Source: a virus
Lineage: Duplodnaviria > Heunggongvirae > Uroviricota > Caudoviricetes
Length of the DNA: 6,008 nucleotides
Virus record (IMG/VR): IMGVR_UViG_2541047679_000002
Strand: one strand, 5' to 3'
Of the stretch, positions 1-5,788 are shown piece after piece. Position 1 is the first letter of the stretch, and the number at the start of each line of letters is the position of its first letter. The notes below the pieces were generated by a model. That model had not been told where the DNA came from. It worked only from the letters and a program-made list of their open reading frames with translations, and did no database searches. A program made the position numbers and the translations under genes.

Positions 1-2
1 CT

Positions 3-3000
3 ACTGGTGCATCCATCTGGCTTGCCACGAAAAAAGATAAACGCTTTGACGCTGTGGTTGTCGCTGTATCCGCTAACAACATGGTTCATGTTGTGGAACA
101 ACTGGTAAACATGTACCCGGCGGCAAAAATCACCTGCGCACTGGATAATGACCGGAAATCAGCTACAGAAGGAAAAGGGAATACCGGCCTGCGGACTGGC
201 TATGAAATCTTATCGAAATTCAACGATGTCCGCTGCGTCTATCCAACTTTTGAAGACGATCCGCAAATGGAGTGCAGTGACTTCAACGACCTGCACAAAC
301 TACGTGGACTTCGTGAAACAGCACGTCAACTGTTTGCAACTGCAAACCGCCTGAAAACTGGCACTGATTTGCTATCTCTGACGCTCAACCGCCTGAAGAC
401 AATTAAGCGGGATAACCGTCGTACTTTTGCCAAAGAGCTGCTGAGAGCGGTGGATATTGGCATGCTAACCTGTCCGGTTCCTAACAGTCCGTCAGACTTA
501 TTTAACATGTTCTGCATCGTTCTGCGTGAAATGGGGCTGGAAAATATCTATCGCGCTACGGTAAAAGACCACATTGCCCGTCGCCTGAATAAAAAGTGCC
601 GTATTGCCCAGGCTCCGCGCTCATTCAGCGAACGCATAACTGATCCCAATAAACGTCCTCAACATATCACCTATAAGCGTTTTGAAACTTCGGTAATGAC
701 CGATGACGTCCTGAAGTACGTGCAATCACTACAGGGGATAGTCATCGTCCGTGCTGGTATGGGTTCCGGCAAATCTACTGGATTGTTACGACCGTTAATG
801 CATAGCTCAGAACGTGGTATCTCTGTTGCTCACCGTGTCTCCCTTATTGGTGGCCTGTGGGAAATGATGACAGAAGGAAAAGGTGTAAAAGCCGATATCC
901 TGCACTATCAGGACCCTGGCTATCAGGAAATGGCTCCATACGCCAGTAAACTGACCATCTGCATAAACTCGATTGTTAAAAACTGCTGGCAACCGTTGAT
1001 GCGCCAGCACGACTATTTTGGCTTTGACGAGGCCACACAAGGGCTACGTGCCGTTCTTTCCGGTCGGGCTATGGAAAACCCGGTGGCTGTATTCCATACG
1101 CTAATTGACGCGCTGGCCAGAACGGAACAACACCCAATCATGGTGGATGCTGATGCGAACGATCTGCTGGTTGACCTGGCTGAACTGGCTATGAAACGCC
1201 GTGAAGAACTAGGTTTACCGGCATGGCTGCAGATCCACGTAATTGAATTACCTGTTGATGTTCGCAACCGCGAAACAGGTGAGCCAATCCGGGTTTTTTA
1301 TACAGAAAAAGATCGCATTATGACCGAGGTGGTGAAAGCTGTATCGGATGGCGAAAAAATCATGTTGGCCACCGACAGCTCCACCTTTGCAGAAGATGTG
1401 ACAGCCACCCTGAGAATGCATTTTCCTGGTAAGAAATTTCTGTGTGTAAACCAGAAAAGTAAACAGGATGAAGAAGTCGATGCCTTTACCAACCAGCCAA
1501 AAGTAATGGTGATGAAATACGATGGACTGATCTACAGTCCGTCAATTTCCTCCGGGGTGTCATTTGAGAAAAAACATTTTGACCGTCATTTCGGCATGTT
1601 CTGCGGTGAAGTTGTGCCCAGCGACGCAGTGCAAATGCTACGCCGCGACCGTACAGCAAAAGAATTTATTATCGGCTTTGATAAAGCTCGTGCAAAACGC
1701 GAGACTGATCCGCAAAAAATAGAACGTGCATTCGCCCAGGCATTACTTGCTACCGCAGGCATGAACGGTGAACTGACGGATGTCGTTTTCGATGGCGACC
1801 GTATATCAATGGGGGTGGCCAATACCGACTTTACCAGGATGAAAATTAAAGCTGCCGCAATTGAAGCGTCTGCGCGTAACGACTACGCCAGCAACATGAT
1901 CTGCATCATGCACAGCGACGGTTATAAGGTATCGCCATTAGCTACCGATTATGCCGCGAATGATTTTGGTAAAGAGCTGCGCAAAGAAGCGCGGGATATT
2001 GTGTGGGAACAGACGCTGGATCTGCACCTCAATACAGAGACACCAGAAGAATCAGAGCGTGAAGAACTGCTAAAAAAACGTGCGCTAACGCTTGAAGAAC
2101 AGGCAAAACTGGTCCGCTGGGATATTGAGAACGAACTGAAATTACCGGTTGAAGAAGGCTCGCTGAAATTCTATTTCGATGGCGCTCGAGACAAAATTCG
2201 CCGTTATGAAACGATGCTGCTTGATGAAGTCACAGCCCGTCGTTATGACCGTGAAGAAGCGGCTATCAATTTTACATACGCGTACCGCCAGACCGGACAG
2301 TGGCAATATTTTGTGGTGACCGCGATGACGCGCGAGCAGGCTGATGATGTATTCAAAGCGAAATTTCCAGGAATAATCGACTACAAGGTAAAAGCTACCC
2401 CTGCTGTTGAGGTCGGCATGCGCGGATTCTATGCGCTTAAATCAGCGACTCTCCGGCAGTACTTTATCGACTGCGGTATCGACCCTGAAACTATGACCGG
2501 CGAAGCGACGCAGGAACGTCTCAAGTTCGCTAGAGACAACCTAATGACAGCAGAACGCCGTGATATGTTGAATAACGTTCTGCACATTGGTGGCTTTATG
2601 ACACCAAAAGGGAAGCCTAAAGTGCCGGAAGCACTGTTTAAAAACATCTGCGACTCTCTCGGCCTAAAAACAGGAAAACGTCGCGGCAGAGATGGCGATA
2701 AGCGCCCGACATTGCGTTTTGTTGAGCCTGAGTCTGTAGCATTTATACTTGATATTCTTGCGCAACGTCAGGAGGACGGTATGACGTTGAAAGCTCGCAA
2801 GGCGGAAAAATCAACGACCGAAGTGGATCGCGATTTGTCATTAAATATATATATGAATGGTGAAACGCGATCCACAAACACGGTGGAACAGGATTCCCCT
2901 CGTTCAGCTATATCACAGGCTTTGGCCGTATTGCCGGTGGCTGTTCCTGAGTCCTGGGCGATGAGTGCTCTGCCATCAGCTGAACTGGAATCTATCAGGG

Positions 3001-3143
3001 GGTGGTCAGTTGACAGCATCGCATACACGTTTGCAGCCCTTTATATGACTGAGTTTATGGATTTGCTGTCCGGTCATGAGATTAAGTTGCTGAAGGCTTT
3101 TATAGGCCCACGACATGCCAGCGATGAGTTTTGTGTAGTTTAG
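3..3143 (+). CDS. Replication protein, primase/helicase-like (Toprim-like motif plus P-loop NTPase); 5'-partial, continues upstream of the window
   Basis: Continuous ORF (track 54..3143, 1029 codons) whose frame stays open back to nt 3 with no stop, so the true start is upstream. Motifs read directly: DND at nt 144-152 within KITCALDNDRK (Toprim-like DxD); Walker A GMGSGKST at nt 756-779; Walker-B-like FGFDE at nt 1017-1031. Stop TAG at 3141-3143. Domain calls are from motif recognition only. Confidence 0.78.
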   Translation, partial: TGASIWLATKKDKRFDAVVVAVSANNMVHVVEQLVNMYPAAKITCALDNDRKSATEGKGNTGLRTGYEILSKFNDVRCVYPTFEDDPQMECSDFNDLHKLRGLRETARQLFATANRLKTGTDLLSLTLNRLKTIKRDNRRTFAKELLRAVDIGMLTCPVPNSPSDLFNMFCIVLREMGLENIYRATVKDHIARRLNKKCRIAQAPRSFSERITDPNKRPQHITYKRFETSVMTDDVLKYVQSLQGIVIVRAGMGSGKSTGLLRPLMHSSERGISVAHRVSLIGGLWEMMTEGKGVKADILHYQDPGYQEMAPYASKLTICINSIVKNCWQPLMRQHDYFGFDEATQGLRAVLSGRAMENPVAVFHTLIDALARTEQHPIMVDADANDLLVDLAELAMKRREELGLPAWLQIHVIELPVDVRNRETGEPIRVFYTEKDRIMTEVVKAVSDGEKIMLATDSSTFAEDVTATLRMHFPGKKFLCVNQKSKQDEEVDAFTNQPKVMVMKYDGLIYSPSISSGVSFEKKHFDRHFGMFCGEVVPSDAVQMLRRDRTAKEFIIGFDKARAKRETDPQKIERAFAQALLATAGMNGELTDVVFDGDRISMGVANTDFTRMKIKAAAIEASARNDYASNMICIMHSDGYKVSPLATDYAANDFGKELRKEARDIVWEQTLDLHLNTETPEESEREELLKKRALTLEEQAKLVRWDIENELKLPVEEGSLKFYFDGARDKIRRYETMLLDEVTARRYDREEAAINFTYAYRQTGQWQYFVVTAMTREQADDVFKAKFPGIIDYKVKATPAVEVGMRGFYALKSATLRQYFIDCGIDPETMTGEATQERLKFARDNLMTAERRDMLNNVLHIGGFMTPKGKPKVPEALFKNICDSLGLKTGKRRGRDGDKRPTLRFVEPESVAFILDILAQRQEDGMTLKARKAEKSTTEVDRDLSLNIYMNGETRSTNTVEQDSPRSAISQALAVLPVAVPESWAMSALPSAELESIRGWSVDSIAYTFAALYMTEFMDLLSGHEIKLLKAFIGPRHASDEFCVV

Positions 3144-3160
3144 AGGGTAGAAGCGTGGGA

Positions 3161-3427
3161 ATGATGCAAGAGTGCCTCGTTTTGATTGAAGGGTATGATC
3201 CGTATGTTGTTAACGTCAGTAGAATGGATACTGGCTATAGCGACTACAAAACTGGTCGTGAACTGCCGTTCACCATCATCAGGATGAATAGCTTTGGCGA
3301 TGATGATGCTGTTTATTGCTGTATAGCCAGCGATAAAAACATGGAAGACCGGACAGATGAAGCCCGTATGCTATTGAGGAAATATAAGGTAAAGCCGTTA
3401 TCAGAGAATAACGCTGAGAGGGGTTAA
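3161..3427 (+). CDS. Hypothetical small acidic protein (about 88 aa), first gene of an AT-rich three-gene cassette
   Basis: ORF in track (3131..3427). ATG at 3161 is preferred over the TTG at 3131 and GTG at 3155; purine-rich GAGGGTAGAAG lies upstream. It begins 18 nt after the replication gene stop. Stop TAA at 3425-3427. No recognisable family; start codon uncertain. Confidence 0.5.
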   Translation: MMQECLVLIEGYDPYVVNVSRMDTGYSDYKTGRELPFTIIRMNSFGDDDAVYCCIASDKNMEDRTDEARMLLRKYKVKPLSENNAERG

Positions 3428-3429
3428 AA

Positions 3430-3825
3430 ATGGCAGTTCAATCATACAAATACGAATCCCCTTTGGATAAGGGATACATTCGTATCAAGTTAAGTCGTTC
3501 TCAGCATAAGGCTATTTTTAAGGTAAGGAAAATTCGCATATTGGATGCGTATGCGTATTACTACAACGGTGAAAATGTTGTTGTTGAACACTTTCTTGCA
3601 CGATGGTTTGTAGCTCTGATTTTTGTCCCTCTCCTGTTAATTGGTACTTTTGTGGATGGTTTTCCTAGTACATGGCGGGAGATAAAGAAAGGCTTATTCC
3701 CGCGTAAGTACGGCAGATTTTCGCAAGATAGCTGGCGAGTTATACCGGGTAAACATTCTGTGGATGAGCAACCGATTGTTGATTACTGGTTGAAGCGTAT
3801 GGCTGATGCTAAAAAAGTTGATTGA
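3430..3825 (+). CDS. Hypothetical membrane protein (131 aa) with one predicted transmembrane helix
   Basis: ATG at 3430 preceded by strong SD GAGAGGGG (3416-3423, 6-nt spacer), 2 nt after the upstream stop. Hydrophobic segment WFVALIFVPLLLIGTFV, basic flanks. About 38% GC by hand count over 3430-3489. Confidence 0.65.
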   Translation: MAVQSYKYESPLDKGYIRIKLSRSQHKAIFKVRKIRILDAYAYYYNGENVVVEHFLARWFVALIFVPLLLIGTFVDGFPSTWREIKKGLFPRKYGRFSQDSWRVIPGKHSVDEQPIVDYWLKRMADAKKVD

Positions 3826-3843
3826 GTTGTGGAAGGAGTATTT

Positions 3844-4068
3844 ATGAACTGTAACAAAAATGAAGAAACTCGCCTGGTTTGGACGGTAGTAATCGGAGAT
3901 AAAAAGGGCGGTGAAGAGCCTCATTTTGATTATTCTGTGGCTTTGCAGGCTCTCATCCTTGAAGCTCAGATATACCAACAAGAGATGCAGAAGAACCCTC
4001 AATTGGAACCTCTACCAATTGGCCTATTTTGCGAGCGAGTATCAGCGGCGGAACTCCCTGATATCTGA
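3844..4068 (+). CDS. Hypothetical small protein (74 aa)
   Basis: ATG at 3844 preceded by strong SD GGAAGGAG (3831-3838, 5-nt spacer); track ORF 3829..4068 starts at an upstream GTG. Stop TGA at 4066-4068. No recognisable family. Confidence 0.58.
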   Translation: MNCNKNEETRLVWTVVIGDKKGGEEPHFDYSVALQALILEAQIYQQEMQKNPQLEPLPIGLFCERVSAAELPDI

Positions 4069-4081
4069 TGCCCTCCAACAG

Positions 4082-4100
4082 CTGATCAGGTTCTGATCAG
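4082..4100. promoter_or_regulatory. Two copies of the palindromic octamer CTGATCAG separated by 3 bp, each containing a Dam GATC site; candidate operator or weak hairpin
   Basis: CTGATCAG at 4082-4089 and 4093-4100; the octamer is its own reverse complement; GATC at 4084-4087 and 4095-4098. Lies 14 nt after the stop of the 3844-4068 ORF. Confidence 0.3.
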
Positions 4101-4129
4101 TTAGTAAAGCAAACTATAAAAACACCTGT

Positions 4130-4149
4130 CCCCGTGACTGGTCACGGGG
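4130..4149. promoter_or_regulatory. Perfect 9-bp inverted repeat CCCCGTGAC-TG-GTCACGGGG; candidate protein-binding palindrome or hairpin
   Basis: Left arm 4130-4138 and right arm 4141-4149 are exact reverse complements. Not followed by a T-run on the + strand, so not a canonical intrinsic terminator; on the minus strand a T5 run starts 6 nt after the stem. Confidence 0.3.
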
Positions 4150-4169
4150 TAAAATGTCTTTGCAAATTA

Positions 4170-4199
4170 TTGACGTGTGCGTCGTTTTGACGGTAAAGT
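4170..4199 (+). promoter_or_regulatory. Candidate sigma70-type promoter TTGACG-N18-TAAAGT
   Basis: TTGACG at 4170-4175 and TAAAGT at 4194-4199 (18-bp spacer); predicted start near 4207. Hexamer match only. Confidence 0.3.
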
Positions 4200-4206
4200 T
4201 ACTCCG

Positions 4207-4282
4207 CTGCGGTAAATCCCGCAGTCGGGACTCTCAACCCCGAAATCCGAACGACGCACAACACGCGCCAGCGTGTTTTTTT
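4207..4282 (+). ncRNA. Candidate small terminated transcript (about 76 nt): sRNA or leader/attenuator
   Basis: Bounded by the candidate promoter and the intrinsic terminator. Contains hairpin CTGCGG/CCGCAG (4206-4211 / 4219-4224) and a second possible stem CGGG/CCCG whose loop carries ACTCTCAAC (4230-4238). The overlapping track ORF 4154..4369 runs through the terminator and is unlikely to be coding. Confidence 0.3.
4260..4282 (+). terminator. Rho-independent terminator
   Basis: Stem ACACGC (4261-4266), loop GCCA, stem GCGTGT (4271-4276), followed directly by a run of T ending at 4282. Confidence 0.6.
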
Positions 4283-4364
4283 GTGTGTATAAGCCTGCGC
4301 ATATCCGAATTATGGTGGCTCAGGCGGGGCAGCCGAAAGGCTGGCCGGTGTCGTTTGGGCCGGT

Positions 4365-4420
4365 GTTGAGAACCCCGCTTGGGCTACCACCCTATAGAGA
4401 TTCTCAACTCTGGTGGTAGC
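4365..4420 (+). promoter_or_regulatory. Interleaved complementary boxes in the icd-like leader; candidate antisense-RNA/target pairs (P1 c4-type) or RNA pseudoknot
   Basis: GTTGAGAA (4365-4372) is the exact reverse complement of TTCTCAAC (4401-4408); GCTACCACC (4383-4391) is the exact reverse complement of GGTGGTAGC (4412-4420). Order is A, B, A', B' (crossing), ending 29 nt upstream of the icd-like ATG. Confidence 0.4.
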
Positions 4421-4448
4421 ACTGTTCTTCCAAACAAGAGTGCATACC

Positions 4449-4613
4449 ATGTTCAAATTCAAATTTGCGGCAGTCGTTCGCACAGACAAAAAGTCACACA
4501 TCCATCATCTTTCCACTATCGCGTCATCTGAACGGGAAGCTCGTCGCCAGTTCGCCAGCCGGTTTGTCCTGGTATTGTCTGCCCGTATTCCGGTGCGCGA
4601 GGTGGCTGCATGA
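4449..4613 (+). CDS. icd: Icd-like protein (host cell division inhibitor Icd family), 54 aa
   Basis: ATG at 4449 with weak SD AAGAG upstream. Translation MFKFKFAAVVRTDKKSHIHHLSTIASSEREARRQFASRFVLVLSARIPVREVAA shows the SEREAR and AR(I/L)PV pattern I recall for Icd-like proteins of enterobacterial prophages. Track ORF 4413..4613 starts at an upstream GTG lacking an SD. Confidence 0.7.
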   Translation: MFKFKFAAVVRTDKKSHIHHLSTIASSEREARRQFASRFVLVLSARIPVREVAA

Positions 4614-4843
4614 ATCAGGTAAAAATGAACACTGTTGGCCTGCTGGAATCGTTGGATGAACGTCTGGCTCAGGTCTATGCGCTTGTGTCATCAGCCCATC
4701 GTACAGTCTCCAGTTGTGAGGCGTCGATTTATCTCTCAGAAGCCGGGAAGCTCCTTCAAATCGCGTGTGAGTTGACACACGAAGCACAGGGGTATTCAGC
4801 ATCTCTCTCGTCGCAATTGCAGCACAATAAGGAGGCCAAATGA
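4610..4843 (+). CDS. Hypothetical protein (77 aa), translationally coupled between icd-like and antirepressor genes
   Basis: ATG at 4610 overlaps the icd-like stop (ATGA, 4610-4613); its own stop overlaps the next start (ATGA, 4840-4843). Predicted helical, no recognisable family; an internal ATG at 4625 is an alternative start. Confidence 0.55.
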   Translation: MNQVKMNTVGLLESLDERLAQVYALVSSAHRTVSSCEASIYLSEAGKLLQIACELTHEAQGYSASLSSQLQHNKEAK

Positions 4844-5616
4844 GCGCGTTAGCTGTATTTTCGTTTCAGGAAGAGCATCAGGTTCGTGTAGTGATGATTA
4901 ACGGTGAGCCGTGGTTTGTTGCATCTGATGTGTGTATGGCGGCGGGTATTGATTCTACGGCCATTAGAAAGTTGGATGAGGACGAAAAGGGTCTGCATTT
5001 AATGCAGACCCCTGGCGGATACCAGAATGTTTCAATCATCAACGAGTCAGGTCTATACACCCTGATCCTCCGCTGCCGTGACGCGGTGAAGCAAGGCACA
5101 ACAGCTTGGCGGTTTCGCAAATGGGTAACGAACGAAGTCTTGCCCTCTATTCGCAAAAATGGAGAGTACGTTTACATCGAGCCTGAGCCAATGCGAGCAG
5201 CGGAGCCGTTGAACGGGAGGCAGAAAGCGTATCTGCGAGGGCTGATTAACGATATAGCACAAAGTTTTCGGTGCCGAAATGCCTGGATCAGTGGAATATG
5301 GTTGGCTTTGCGTCGGGCGTGTCGTAATCCATCCCCGAACCCCATAACGGTTGATGATTTGCCAGCAATTGCGGCAGAACTGCGCAGGATTTTGACGGCT
5401 GCTGAGTCGGCATTGAGGAACATGCGCACGTATGAACGGGAGTTGTTGCGTGATGTTGTTCGTGGGGGTAGGCGGAGTATGTCGTGTGGTGATTTGCCCA
5501 TCATCGATATCAACTCTGATCTGGAAAAGGCGTTACCCGCACATTTTGAACTGGCAGTTCAAAAACTTGAGCAGTTATCCGCGCAGTTAAAGCCAGCAGA
5601 AATCACTAATAAATAG
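4840..5616 (+). CDS. Bro-N domain antirepressor-like protein (258 aa)
   Basis: Strong SD AAGGAGG (4829-4835) 4 nt before ATG 4840. N-terminal about 110 aa match the Bro-N pattern (FSFQ...GEPWFVASDVC...LDEDEKG...GGYQ...INESGLYTLILR...WVTNEVLPSIRKNGEY). C-terminal about 140 aa not recognised. Stop TAG at 5614-5616. Confidence 0.85.
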   Translation: MSALAVFSFQEEHQVRVVMINGEPWFVASDVCMAAGIDSTAIRKLDEDEKGLHLMQTPGGYQNVSIINESGLYTLILRCRDAVKQGTTAWRFRKWVTNEVLPSIRKNGEYVYIEPEPMRAAEPLNGRQKAYLRGLINDIAQSFRCRNAWISGIWLALRRACRNPSPNPITVDDLPAIAAELRRILTAAESALRNMRTYERELLRDVVRGGRRSMSCGDLPIIDINSDLEKALPAHFELAVQKLEQLSAQLKPAEITNK

Positions 5617-5752
5617 GGTTGGCCAGCCCGAATTTATGCCCTTCTTATTGAGGGGAAGCCTCGCAGTCTGGGCGGTGATGTCTGTGGTTGCAGCCGCGTT
5701 TCCTCCGTTACTTCTGCCCTTTGCAGGGGGCAGGCGAGGCAGGCCACATAAC

Positions 5753-5777
5753 AAGGCACCGATTAATTCGGTGCCTT
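5753..5777. terminator. Candidate bidirectional terminator hairpin between convergent genes
   Basis: 10-bp perfect stem AAGGCACCGA (5753-5762) / TCGGTGCCTT (5768-5777) with loop TTAAT. Only short T-runs on either side. Sits 137 nt after the Bro-N stop and 11 nt after the minus-strand gene stop. Confidence 0.45.
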
Positions 5778-5788
5778 TAACGTATGCT

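Noticed and set aside
148-2647. Small ORFs in other frames or on the opposite strand inside the large replication gene (148..354 +, 326..517 -, 807..1040 -, 1013..1267 -, 1298..1492 -, 1586..1822 -, 2429..2647 -)
   Set aside because: All lie entirely within the 1029-codon ORF that carries clear ATPase motifs; none has a convincing ribosome-binding site. They are expected chance frames in a long gene.
2768-3028. Minus-strand ORF of 86 codons near the 3' end of the replication gene
   Set aside because: Antisense to the long + strand ORF, no Shine-Dalgarno, and the + frame is continuous through it.
3694-4096. Track ORFs 3694..4002 (-) and 3911..4096 (+) overlapping the small-ORF cassette
   Set aside because: They overlap the SD-supported + strand genes in this AT-rich region, where chance open frames are common; neither has a ribosome-binding site.
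4343-4366. 9-bp direct repeat GGCCGGTGT (4343-4351 and 4358-4366) and the GNRA hairpin CAGCC-GAAA-GGCTG (4330-4343) as replication iterons
   Set aside because: Only two copies and embedded in the structured leader; more simply explained as part of the RNA structure. Too few repeats to call an origin.
4154-4369. 71-codon + strand ORF across the intergenic region
   Set aside because: It runs through a promoter-like element, several hairpins and an intrinsic terminator; the predicted product is Arg/Cys-rich low complexity. More plausibly non-coding RNA or leader.
4413-4448. GTG at 4413 as the icd-like start (track ORF 4413..4613)
   Set aside because: No Shine-Dalgarno upstream and the GTG sits inside the GGTGGTAGC box; ATG 4449 has a purine-rich stretch upstream and gives the familiar MFKFKF N-terminus. 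The upstream start cannot be excluded.
4310-5513. Overlapping ORFs 4310..4501 (-), 4465..4659 (+), 4524..4802 (-), 4878..5156 (-), 5053..5262 (-), 5172..5513 (-)
   Set aside because: Each overlaps a better-supported + strand gene (Icd-like, 77-aa ORF or Bro-N) and lacks a start context; no evidence for antisense coding.
5701-5735. Possible hairpin CTGCCC...GGGCAG (5713-5718 / 5728-5733) and GCAGG repeats downstream of the Bro-N gene
   Set aside because: Short stem with a large loop and no T-run; weaker than the perfect 10-bp hairpin at 5753-5777, so not reported as a feature.
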